Source: Thermoplasmatota archaeon
GTDB taxonomy: Archaea; Thermoplasmatota; Penumbrarchaeia; Penumbrarchaeales; Penumbrarchaeaceae
Direction: 5' to 3'
Assembly (NCBI GenBank): GCA_029762535.1
Contig: JARVGK010000030.1
Span: forward strand, 1-38,475
DNA: 38,475 bases
In this document: positions 15,342 to 24,023 of the stretch, one piece after another
Numbering within the stretch: the first letter of the stretch is position 1
Layout: each line of letters begins with the position of its first letter
The notes under the pieces: model-generated
What the model saw: only the letters and a program-made list of their open reading frames with translations
Database searches by the model: none
Told to the model about the DNA's origin: nothing
Program-made: the position numbers and the translations under genes

Positions 15342-16058
15342 ATTACCAGGCATACGAAACATCTCAAAAGATACATGATGCCCAGGACGTGGAAGCTTCC
15401 GAGGAAGGAGCAGGTCTGGGCTCCGAAGCCGTCGCCCGGCCCCCATCCGCAGGAGCGGGCCATCCCCATTGTGGTCGCATTGAGGGACATACTGGGGATC
15501 GGCCGCACTTCCTCCGAGATCAAGAAGATACTCTCAGCGGGCGATGTACTTGTCGACGGAACGCCGAGGAGGGACCACCGGTTCCCCTTGGGCATCATGG
15601 ACCTCATACACCTCCCCAAGGAGAACAAGGGTTACAGGGTGATGCTCAACCCGCGCGGTCAGATCGTGCTGAGGCCTGTGGAGCCAAATGAGATAGGATG
15701 GAAACTGGTCCGCGTTAACGGCAAGACGGTGGTGAGGGGAGGACGGACCCAGCTGAACCTCCATGACGGCAGGAACATTCTCGCCGACGGGGCGAAGGTG
15801 AACACGGGCGACGTTCTGAAGATATCGCTGCCCGAGCTGAAGGTCCTCGAGGTGATCCCCATGCAGGAGGAGTCCCTGGCTCTTTTAACTGGCGGTAACC
15901 ATATCGGCAGGGTCTGCAGGATCAAGAGGATAGAGAAGACCCAGAACCCGACGGCCAACCTCGTCGAGTTCCATGAGGGTTTCAGCACAGTGATCGATCA
16001 CGTGTTCATGGTCGGAAGGGACACCTCCGAGGTTCCAACGGCGGAGGTGGCATTATGA
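15342..16058 (+). CDS. rps4e: 30S ribosomal protein S4e (eS4), apparent non-canonical ATT start
   Basis: HLKR...P..W, P.PGPH, LRDILG, QLNLHDGRN, TGG.HIG. No ATG/GTG/TTG between the rpl24 end and HLKR; SD GAGGAGGG precedes ATT at 15342. Confidence 0.93.
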   Translation: MTRHTKHLKRYMMPRTWKLPRKEQVWAPKPSPGPHPQERAIPIVVALRDILGIGRTSSEIKKILSAGDVLVDGTPRRDHRFPLGIMDLIHLPKENKGYRVMLNPRGQIVLRPVEPNEIGWKLVRVNGKTVVRGGRTQLNLHDGRNILADGAKVNTGDVLKISLPELKVLEVIPMQEESLALLTGGNHIGRVCRIKRIEKTQNPTANLVEFHEGFSTVIDHVFMVGRDTSEVPTAEVAL

Positions 16059-16594
16059 ACGAGGGAGAAGCGAGGCCATCCACGAACCCCATGAGGGACA
16101 TAGTCATAGACAAGATCGTCATAAACATCGGCGTTGGCGAAGCGGGCGAGAAGCTCTCCCGGGCTGAGAAGGTCCTAAGCCTTCTCACCCAACAGAAGAT
16201 AACCCAGACAATATCGAGAACCACGAACAAGGACCTCGGGATAAGGGAGGGCATGGCCATAGGCTGCAAGGTCACGCTCAGGAAGGAGTCCGCACCGGAG
16301 TTCCTGAAGAAGGCCCTTTGGGTCAAGGAGAACAGGATATACGATTATTCGTTCGACAGGGAGGGCAACTTCACGTTCGGGATCTCCGACTACACGGATT
16401 TCCAGGGAATGAAGTACGATCCGGACATAGGCATATTCGGTATGGACATTTCCGTTGTCCTGAAGAGAAGGGGCGGAAAGAGGGTCAGGAACCGAAGGCG
16501 GTCCCCAGGGGACATACCTCCAGACCACAAGATCGGCAGGCAAGAGGCCATGGATTTCATCAAGCAGAATTTCGGTGTCGAGGTGGTGTCATAA
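16055..16594 (+). CDS. rpl5: 50S ribosomal protein L5 (uL5)
   Basis: NPMR...[38 protein letters not shown]. Confidence 0.98.
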   Translation: MNEGEARPSTNPMRDIVIDKIVINIGVGEAGEKLSRAEKVLSLLTQQKITQTISRTTNKDLGIREGMAIGCKVTLRKESAPEFLKKALWVKENRIYDYSFDREGNFTFGISDYTDFQGMKYDPDIGIFGMDISVVLKRRGGKRVRNRRRSPGDIPPDHKIGRQEAMDFIKQNFGVEVVS

Positions 16595-16743
16595 TGACTG
16601 AGAACAAGAAGACGTTCGGCAGGAAGGTCGGATGCGAGCGCTGCGGTAGGAAAAGGGGCATAATCCGCAGGATAGGAATGCACCTTTGCAGGCAGTGCTT
16701 CAGGGAGATCGCCCCCCAGATAGGGTTCAAGAAATATTCTTAG
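16594..16743 (+). CDS. rps14: 30S ribosomal protein S14 (uS14, Zn-binding)
   Basis: [49 protein letters not shown]. Confidence 0.96.
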   Translation: MTENKKTFGRKVGCERCGRKRGIIRRIGMHLCRQCFREIAPQIGFKKYS

Positions 16744-16755
16744 GAGGGTTTCAAA

Positions 16756-17145
16756 ATGCAGAACGATCCATTATCAGATGCCCTTTCCGTTCTGAAGAAC
16801 GCACAGAGGGCCGGTAAGAGCGAATGTCAGGTCAGACCCGCCTCCAAGCTTATTGGGAGGGTCCTCAAGGTCGTCCAGGAATCCGGATACATAAAGCAGT
16901 TCGAATACATAGAGGACGGCAGGGCTGGTTGGTTCAAGGTCCACCTGAACGGCAACATCAACGATTGCGGCGTCATAAAGCCCAGGTTCACCGTCAAGAG
17001 GATAGAGATGGAGAAATACGAATCCAGGTACCTCCCAGCTCAGAACTTCGGGGTGTTGATACTCACCACGACGCGCGGTGTACTATCCAACGACAAGGCC
17101 AAGGAAATGCATACCGGAGGCAGGCTTCTGGCCTACGTTTATTGA
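16756..17145 (+). CDS. rps8: 30S ribosomal protein S8 (uS8)
   Basis: [35 protein letters not shown]. Confidence 0.98.
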   Translation: MQNDPLSDALSVLKNAQRAGKSECQVRPASKLIGRVLKVVQESGYIKQFEYIEDGRAGWFKVHLNGNINDCGVIKPRFTVKRIEMEKYESRYLPAQNFGVLILTTTRGVLSNDKAKEMHTGGRLLAYVY

Positions 17146-17155
17146 GGTGTTGTTA

Positions 17156-17698
17156 ATGGCCAAGGTTGATAAAATATCAAAGACCATACCGATCCCCGAG
17201 GGCGTGACGGCCTCTCTTAAGGGTGACGTGCTCCACGTCAAAGGCAAGAAGGGTGAGCTCATGCGTACCTTCAGGAACCCGAGGCTGTCCATCGTGGTAG
17301 GCAAAGGTTCCATAGATATTGGGATGGATGCCCCCGTGCGCTTCGAGGTCGGTCTGGCCGGGACATGGGAAGCCCATGTCAAGAACATGATCAAGGGAGT
17401 GACGAAGGGGTTCGAGTATAAGATGAGGATCATATACTCCCACTTTCCCATAAAGACATCCACCAAAGGCAAGGAACTGGTCATAGAGAACTTCCTCGGC
17501 GAGAGGTTCCCCAGAAGGGCGAATATCGTCGATGGGGTGGCCGCCAAGGTATCCGGCGATACCGTAACATTGTCCGGAGTCGACAAGGAGAAGGTAGGCC
17601 AGACCGCAGCGAACATAGAGAAGGCGACCAGGATCAAGAATTACGATCCAAGGGTCTTCCAGGACGGAATATATCTTGTCAGCAGGGGTGATCGATAA
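17156..17698 (+). CDS. rpl6: 50S ribosomal protein L6 (uL6)
   Basis: IPEGV, NMIKGVTKGFEY, YSHFP, NFLGE, GQTAANIE, DPRVFQDGIY. ATG at 17156 after GAGGTG. Confidence 0.98.
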   Translation: MAKVDKISKTIPIPEGVTASLKGDVLHVKGKKGELMRTFRNPRLSIVVGKGSIDIGMDAPVRFEVGLAGTWEAHVKNMIKGVTKGFEYKMRIIYSHFPIKTSTKGKELVIENFLGERFPRRANIVDGVAAKVSGDTVTLSGVDKEKVGQTAANIEKATRIKNYDPRVFQDGIYLVSRGDR

Positions 17699-18204
17699 TG
17701 GCCCCAAGAAAGAAGGTTGAAGACAAAGCGGTCGAGGCGGCCGCTCCGCTCGCGGAGAAGGCCCGCACAGAGAAAAAGAGCCAAGTGCCCGATCAGATCA
17801 AGAAGATAAAACCGAAGCTTGACGCGGAGACCCTCAAGCTCCTTCAGATGAGGGCGGAGAGGCTCTCGAAGCAGCCCAAGTTCCTGCGGAACGAGTGGTT
17901 CCGCTACGAGAGGCTCGAGAACGTCTGGAGAAGGCCTCGCGGCCAGACCAACAAGCTCAGGCTCAACTATCGATACCGGTCGGCCAAGGTCCGAATAGGA
18001 TACGGCAAACCGGCCGCGGTAAGGGGCATGCATCCCTCGGGTTTCAGGGAGGTCAGCGTCCATCGCTCCGAGGACCTCGAAGGGGTCGATCCAAAGACCC
18101 AGGCGGTCAGGATAGGTTCCACCGTGGGGACTCGAAAGCGTCGCCAGATCGTAGAGGTCGCGGACAAGCTCGGCATCAGGGTCCTCAACAGGGGGGTGCT
18201 ATGA
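17698..18204 (+). CDS. rpl32e: 50S ribosomal protein L32e
   Basis: P.F.R.EW.RY.RL...WRRPRG, GYG.P..VRG.HPSG, I.VLN. Confidence 0.96.
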   Translation: MAPRKKVEDKAVEAAAPLAEKARTEKKSQVPDQIKKIKPKLDAETLKLLQMRAERLSKQPKFLRNEWFRYERLENVWRRPRGQTNKLRLNYRYRSAKVRIGYGKPAAVRGMHPSGFREVSVHRSEDLEGVDPKTQAVRIGSTVGTRKRRQIVEVADKLGIRVLNRGVL

Positions 18205-18671
18205 TGAACGTTACCACCCAGAGAAGGATGGCCGCCCTAATAATGAAATGTGGCGTCAACAGGGTGAAGATCAATCCCAACAACCTCGAAGACATCTCGG
18301 AAGCGGTCACGAGGGACGACATCCGGAAGCTCATCAAAGAAGGGATAATCGATAAAAGGCCCAAGGCCGGGATATCTGGCGGAAGGAAGAAGTACGTCCA
18401 GGGTCAGAAGGACGGGGGGAAGCGGAAGGGCCACGGGTCCAGGAAAGGCAGCAAGTATGCCCGATTCCCCAAGAAGAGGCGATGGATATCCACGATAAGA
18501 CCCATCAGGCGCGTATTGAGGGAATACCGCGGTGAAGGGGTGATCTCCGATGAGACCTACAGATACTATTACCGGCACGCTTCCGGAGGTGTGTTCAGGT
18601 CCGTGGGACATATGAAGATGCATATGGAGGCCGAAAAGGCCTATTTGAAAAGACCATCGGAGGTGAAGTGA
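18201..18671 (+). CDS. rpl19e: 50S ribosomal protein L19e
   Basis: QRRMAA..M.CG..RV, TRDDIR.LI, RKG.GSRKG...AR.PKK..W...IR. Start 18201 or 18204. Confidence 0.96.
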   Translation: MMNVTTQRRMAALIMKCGVNRVKINPNNLEDISEAVTRDDIRKLIKEGIIDKRPKAGISGGRKKYVQGQKDGGKRKGHGSRKGSKYARFPKKRRWISTIRPIRRVLREYRGEGVISDETYRYYYRHASGGVFRSVGHMKMHMEAEKAYLKRPSEVK

Positions 18672-18672
18672 A

Positions 18673-19182
18673 ATGGCCAGCGGACCAAGGTACAGCGTCC
18701 AGTACAGGCGCAGACGCATAGGTAAAACGAATTACCGAAAGAGGTTGGCGTTATTGAAATCCCGAAAGGTCAGAGCTGTGGTCAGGAAGAGCCTTTCCGG
18801 GACCAGCGTGCAGTTCGTTGACATAGATTTAGGGGGCGACAGGGTCCTTGCGCATGCCACTTACGCCGACCTGAGGAAGATGGGGTGGAAGCATTCTCTC
18901 AAGGACACGACCGCATCATACCTCACCGGATTGCTCGCCGGAATACGCGCCCGGTCCTCCGATATCGACGAGGCCGTCCTCGACATCGGGCTGAACGAGC
19001 CCATAAAAGGTTCGAAGGTCTTCGCCGCATTGAAGGGCATGCTCGATTCGGGCCTCGACATCAGCCACGGGGAGGGGATGTTCCCTTCGGACGATAGGAT
19101 CGATGGTTCGGTCAAGGGCGATGACGGAACGATCGCGGCCTTCGAGGAAATGAAAAAGAGGATAATGGAGGCGCGGATATGA
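18673..19182 (+). CDS. rpl18: 50S ribosomal protein L18 (uL18)
   Basis: MA.GPRY.V..RRRR.GKTNY.KRL.LL, YLTGLLAG, AVLDIGL. Confidence 0.97.
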   Translation: MASGPRYSVQYRRRRIGKTNYRKRLALLKSRKVRAVVRKSLSGTSVQFVDIDLGGDRVLAHATYADLRKMGWKHSLKDTTASYLTGLLAGIRARSSDIDEAVLDIGLNEPIKGSKVFAALKGMLDSGLDISHGEGMFPSDDRIDGSVKGDDGTIAAFEEMKKRIMEARI

Positions 19183-20075
19183 CCGAGGAAGAGAAGAGGA
19201 AGGCTCCGGTCGAGGAGCCCCAGGAAGTGGATCCGGATGCTGTCGATGCCGAGGAGCCGATAGAGGCCATTCCGGTGGACGATGAAGAAGTGGCCGAGGG
19301 CGAGGAGAACATCGCTCTGAAAGGTAAGAAGGCCATCATCAAGACCGTCGAGAAGACCGCGGTTACAAGGAGAGGCCGTAGGGACGAGAGTCCAGGCGAA
19401 TGGGTCCCGAGGACCCAGCTCGGGCATATGGTCAAATCCGGGAAGATCAAGACGTTCTCCGATGCGATCCGCACTGGATTGCCGATCAGAGAGCCGCAGA
19501 TAGCCGATCATTTCTTCGGCGATTCATTGAGCGACGAGGTCCTGAAGGTGAACATGGTGCAGAGGATGACGGACTCGGGAAGGAGGACGCGATTCTCGAT
19601 AACCGTCGTCGTAGGTAACGGGGACGGCTACGTGGGCCTCGGCTCGTCCAAGGGAAAGGAGGTGGGCCCCTCCATCAAGAAGGCGATAGACAACGCCAAG
19701 CTCAACATGGTCGAGCTCATAAGGGGATGCGGTTCATGGGAGTGCGGTTGCATGCAGCCACATACCCTGCCTTACAGGGTCGAGGGCAAGGCAGGATCTA
19801 CTGTGATCACCCTCAGGCCCGCCCCTCAGGGTGTCGGGCTTGCGGTAGGTGACGTATCCAAGAAGATACTGAAACTCGCCGGGATAAAGGATGCCTGGGG
19901 GTTCTCCAAGGGACAGACGAAGACCACAGTGAACAACGCCAAGGCCGTAATGGACGCCCTGCACAAGATCACGCAGATGAAGGTGCAGGAGTCCAGCCGG
20001 GTCGAGCTGGCGCATCTGTCGGGAGCGACCGGTGTTTCCACCATAGAGCAGGAAAAAGAGGAGGAACGGAGATGA
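19179..20075 (+). CDS. rps5: 30S ribosomal protein S5 (uS5) with acidic N-terminal extension
   Basis: WVPRT.LG..V, VQRMTDSGRR.RF, VGN.DGYVGLG, RGCGSWEC.C..PHT. Confidence 0.97.
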   Translation: MTEEEKRKAPVEEPQEVDPDAVDAEEPIEAIPVDDEEVAEGEENIALKGKKAIIKTVEKTAVTRRGRRDESPGEWVPRTQLGHMVKSGKIKTFSDAIRTGLPIREPQIADHFFGDSLSDEVLKVNMVQRMTDSGRRTRFSITVVVGNGDGYVGLGSSKGKEVGPSIKKAIDNAKLNMVELIRGCGSWECGCMQPHTLPYRVEGKAGSTVITLRPAPQGVGLAVGDVSKKILKLAGIKDAWGFSKGQTKTTVNNAKAVMDALHKITQMKVQESSRVELAHLSGATGVSTIEQEKEEERR

Positions 20076-20536
20076 GCTACGTCGTCGTAAGGGTTCGCGG
20101 CACAGTGAACATAAAGAGGGAGATCAGCGACACGCTCAGGTACCTGAACCTCAACAGGGTCAACCACTGCGTGATACTGCTGGACAACCCCGTGAACAGG
20201 GGTATGCTCCAGAAAGCGAAGGACTATATCACATGGGGTGAGGTGAAGCCCGAGACGCTTGAGAAGCTCTTGAGGTCGAGGGGCAGGCTCGAAGGGGACG
20301 CCCCCCTGACGGACGAGCACCTGAAGGGGAACTCGGAGTTCAAGAACGTAAAGGAGCTTGCCCAGGCCATATCCGTCGGAAAGGCGGTATACAGAAAAGT
20401 ACCGGGCGTAACGCCCGTGTTCCGGCTGGCACCCCCCAAGAGCGGCCACGGTTCGATAAAGAGGCATTTCCCCGTCAAGGGAGCTCTGGGCTATCGCGGG
20501 GCGGAGATGGATTCGCTCCTGAACAGGATGATATGA
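20072..20536 (+). CDS. rpl30: 50S ribosomal protein L30 (uL30, archaeal long form)
   Basis: VVRVRG...DTL..L.L.R.N, GML.K.KDYITWGE, FRL.PP, GALGYRG. Confidence 0.96.
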   Translation: MSYVVVRVRGTVNIKREISDTLRYLNLNRVNHCVILLDNPVNRGMLQKAKDYITWGEVKPETLEKLLRSRGRLEGDAPLTDEHLKGNSEFKNVKELAQAISVGKAVYRKVPGVTPVFRLAPPKSGHGSIKRHFPVKGALGYRGAEMDSLLNRMI

Positions 20537-20546
20537 GGTGATGGAG

Positions 20547-20987
20547 ATGGCAGTCAAGAGGAACGAGAAATTCCGAGGAAAGAAGACCCACGGCCACGGT
20601 ACCAAGGCGAGGAGGGGAGCTGGAAAGAGAGGAGGACGAGGCATGGCCGGAGGCCACAAGCATCGCCTGTTCCATATCACGAAGAATTACGGGCTCGATT
20701 ATTTCGGCAGGCACGGCTTCAAGAGGCCGCAGTCGGTGGTAAAAGCCGATATTTGCATAAACCTCTCGACCATAAGGGAGAACATCGGGTCCTATGTTGA
20801 GGACGGAAGGGCCAAGAAGGTCAAGGGCGGTTACGACCTGGACATTCGAAAGCTGGGTTACACAAAGCTTCTCGGCGGAGGCTCCATCGGGGACCTTGCC
20901 GTGCATGTCATCTCCCCCGCCTCATCTCAGAAAGCGGTAGAGAAGATAGAGGCCGCGGGCGGATCGGTGACCATCGAACAGTACTGA
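20547..20987 (+). CDS. rpl15: 50S ribosomal protein L15 (uL15)
   Basis: RG..THG.G....RGAG.RGGRG.AG..KH, FGRHGF.RP, KLLG.G, A.EKIE.AGG. Confidence 0.97.
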   Translation: MAVKRNEKFRGKKTHGHGTKARRGAGKRGGRGMAGGHKHRLFHITKNYGLDYFGRHGFKRPQSVVKADICINLSTIRENIGSYVEDGRAKKVKGGYDLDIRKLGYTKLLGGGSIGDLAVHVISPASSQKAVEKIEAAGGSVTIEQY

Positions 20988-21072
20988 AGGATAATGGGCG
21001 CCATCAATTAATCTTAAAATAAAGGAACGGATATGGGGACAAACTGTCGGGCCAAGGTCGGTGTTTCATAAC

Positions 21073-22830
21073 ATGGCTACGGAGAGAAATTACGCCAAGG
21101 GTATCTGGGTGCTGGCCGCTTACATCGCGGCGATGGCCATTCTTTACTTCTGGCAGTGGCAGGATACCGATTTCAAGGACTATTCCAACATAGCCCTGTT
21201 CATAATCGTAGCCGTTGGCATAGCGATATGCTTTTTCCTTATCGGAATGATGGTCACGTACGGAGGCGAGGAGAGCAAGCTCTACGGCCTCAAGTCCATA
21301 TCCGACAAGTGGCCCGCGGTCAAGAAGCCTGATGGGCACGTCAGGTTCAGGACGAAGATGATCTGGACCTTCGGGATATTGATACTCTATTTCTTCCTCA
21401 GCAACGTCTCGCTATACGGGATCTCCGAGGGGAGCATAGACATATTCGCAGAGTTCAGGGCGATCCTGGCCGGAGCGAACGGCTCACTGATGCACCTGGG
21501 GATCGGGCCCATAGTCACTGGGTCCATAATAATGCAGCTGTTCTCTGGCGCGAAGATAATAAACCTCGATCTCAAGAAGAGCGAGGACAAGGCGGTCTAT
21601 CAGGGCGTCCAGAAGGTACTGGTGCTCGTGATGATCTTCGTCGAGTCCATCCCGCAGGTATACGGATACCTGGAACCCTCGACCAAGGGTTGGATGGGGG
21701 ACATAGGCCTGGGATGGTCCAGGGTGGTGATCATCGGGCAGCTGATATTCGGCTCCTATCTCGTCTTCCTGATGGACGAGGTCATATCGAAGTGGGGGAT
21801 CGGATCGGGAATATCCATGTTCATCGCGGCCGGCGTGTCCCAGTCCATTTTCCAGGGGACGCTTTCATGGCTGCCCCTGGGTTCGGATATAGCGGACAAG
21901 TACAACTTCCCCGTGGCGGATCCGGGCAAGGTCCCCGTCGGGACTCTTCCCAAAACGTGGTACATTCTGGACAACCTTCAAGGAGGGGTGAGGGACCTTG
22001 CCGGAGGCGGTTTCGAGACGGTCTTCCTGGCTCCGCCGAATCCCCTGGTGGCCCTGTTGTCCACGATCGTGATATTCCTTGTCGTCGCCTTTGCCGAGAG
22101 CACCCAGATAGAGCTGCCTCTATCTCACGCGAAGGCCAGAGGGGCAAGGGGCAGGTATCCGATCAGGCTGATATATGCCTCGAACATCCCTGTTATATTG
22201 ATGTCCGCGCTCCTAGCGAACGTCAATATGTTCTCGCTCCTGCTCTGGAACCATGAAAAGATATCGACCATACCCTACATAGGCAACAACAAATGGCTGG
22301 GATCGTTCGATCCCGGCTCCACGAGCCCAAGCGGTGGCATCGCGTGGTACCTTTCCAGGGTGGACGGACTTCAGAGCTGGCTACTTCCCCTGATCAATTT
22401 CGAGCGTTACCAGGGCTACGTCGGCGGTCATGATTGGTGGGAGATATTGATACATACGGCGGTCTACGTGACGATCATGACCCTCGGTTCGATCCTCTTT
22501 GCCAAGTTCTGGATCGAGACGACGAACATGGGTCCGGAAGCTGTTGCGAAGCAGATCCAGGACTCCGGGATGAGGATCCCCGGTTTCCGAAGGGACCCCA
22601 GGATACTGAAGAAGGTCCTGGAGAGGTACATACCAACGGTCACCGTGATCTCGGGCGCTTTCGTGGGACTGCTCGCCGCACTGGCGGACATGGTAGGTAC
22701 CGTGGGGTCCACTTCCGGTACGGGGGTGCTTCTGACCGTGGGCATCATCATCAGGCTCTATGAGGAGATAGGCAAGGAGCAGATGATGGAGATGCACCCT
22801 GTCCTCAGAGGCTTCTTCGGAAAGGAATGA
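21073..22830 (+). CDS. secY: Preprotein translocase subunit SecY with N-terminal 2-TM extension
   Basis: LGIGPIVT.SIIMQL, DE..SKWGIGSGIS.FIAAGV, YP..L.YASNIPVIL, IPGFRR, GTG.LL.V.I...LYE. AT-rich TATA-like sequence at 21007-21023 upstream. Confidence 0.97.
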   Translation: MATERNYAKGIWVLAAYIAAMAILYFWQWQDTDFKDYSNIALFIIVAVGIAICFFLIGMMVTYGGEESKLYGLKSISDKWPAVKKPDGHVRFRTKMIWTFGILILYFFLSNVSLYGISEGSIDIFAEFRAILAGANGSLMHLGIGPIVTGSIIMQLFSGAKIINLDLKKSEDKAVYQGVQKVLVLVMIFVESIPQVYGYLEPSTKGWMGDIGLGWSRVVIIGQLIFGSYLVFLMDEVISKWGIGSGISMFIAAGVSQSIFQGTLSWLPLGSDIADKYNFPVADPGKVPVGTLPKTWYILDNLQGGVRDLAGGGFETVFLAPPNPLVALLSTIVIFLVVAFAESTQIELPLSHAKARGARGRYPIRLIYASNIPVILMSALLANVNMFSLLLWNHEKISTIPYIGNNKWLGSFDPGSTSPSGGIAWYLSRVDGLQSWLLPLINFERYQGYVGGHDWWEILIHTAVYVTIMTLGSILFAKFWIETTNMGPEAVAKQIQDSGMRIPGFRRDPRILKKVLERYIPTVTVISGAFVGLLAALADMVGTVGSTSGTGVLLTVGIIIRLYEEIGKEQMMEMHPVLRGFFGKE

Positions 22831-22934
22831 TCGATCCGCTTGGACCCTTCAGGTCGTGATCCGCAGCGGGCCAATTTTTATTAGCAAAGAGGGGCATATA
22901 CCGCGGGGGTCATTCAGCCGGAGGTGCCGCCGTC

Positions 22935-23909
22935 ATGATTTCAGTGACAGTAAAGAGGTTTTCGCTAGCTTTCGTTCTCATCTGTTTGTTATCCTCACCG
23001 TTCATCCTGAGCGCCTCGGCCGACACCAGCGACAGCCTGCAGGACATCGAGATTCTGCCGAACGCTTACAAGCCGATAGAGCTGAGGGGTTTCGACAGTA
23101 GCGGGGACGTGATGCATATAACCATAACCCACAAGATTATCGAGGGAAAGAGGATAAGAAGCATCGACATGTACATGGTGAATTCCCGGACCGTCGAGTA
23201 TTTCAACCTAAGGAAGCAGGGCAACCCCGATGAGATAGCAATGTACTACCAGCGCAACATCTCATCCAGGTTCGAGAGGGATTACAAGTGCCTGTGGAAC
23301 GAGCAGATCTTCCTCGTTCTGGACAACCCCTGGATGGTGGGTGACGATTCCGATATGGACAACGCCACTGCCATAGTAAGGGTGGATTATTCCGTAAAGG
23401 ATGTCACCGGTGCGGGCACGAACGGGCTTCTGGTCATGCTCCTGATAATACTCGGGACCTTGATCGTCCTCATCCTGCTTACGGCGGGCATCATCCTTTT
23501 CCGGAAGAGGAAGAAGGGGGTGGATTCATTCTTCAAGAGGGGGAATTTCCTCTATTACGCCCTGAAGGGTCCCGACGGCAACATATTCTACTTCGGACCC
23601 GACCAGTACAAGCGTATGCACGAGACCAATTCCATAGTGGGCTTCGTTTTCCTCGGCTATACACGGGAGATAGGGGGTGACATATACAACGAGTCCGGGC
23701 TCATAGTCACGCCTTCTGCCTACGAGGTACCGGACTACCCCTCTCCTGAGCCGGTACAGGACCAATATCCGGCCCCTATTCCTGCCGATATCGAAGAGGC
23801 CCCCGTGCCGGAAGCGGTTCCCGCCGAGGCAACGCCTGTCTCGGAAGAACCCGCATCCGAACCCGGCGATATACCTGAGCCATCCGGAGGGGAAGAGACT
23901 CCCCAGTGA
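22935..23909 (+). CDS. Hypothetical single-pass membrane protein (signal peptide, ectodomain, TM, Pro/Glu-rich tail)
   Basis: N-terminal signal peptide, hydrophobic TM followed by RKRKK, acidic Pro-rich C-terminus. GGAGGTG SD and TATA-like TTTTTATTA upstream. Confidence 0.75.
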   Translation: MISVTVKRFSLAFVLICLLSSPFILSASADTSDSLQDIEILPNAYKPIELRGFDSSGDVMHITITHKIIEGKRIRSIDMYMVNSRTVEYFNLRKQGNPDEIAMYYQRNISSRFERDYKCLWNEQIFLVLDNPWMVGDDSDMDNATAIVRVDYSVKDVTGAGTNGLLVMLLIILGTLIVLILLTAGIILFRKRKKGVDSFFKRGNFLYYALKGPDGNIFYFGPDQYKRMHETNSIVGFVFLGYTREIGGDIYNESGLIVTPSAYEVPDYPSPEPVQDQYPAPIPADIEEAPVPEAVPAEATPVSEEPASEPGDIPEPSGGEETPQ

Positions 23910-24023
23910 GCTTAACCAGGGTTTACTGAATATGATGTCGGGTAGAGCGGCCCCTTATAGGAGATAATATTATGGCCTATTTACGCCTGTACCCCCAACA
24001 AGATAACCGAAAGGGGTGATCAT

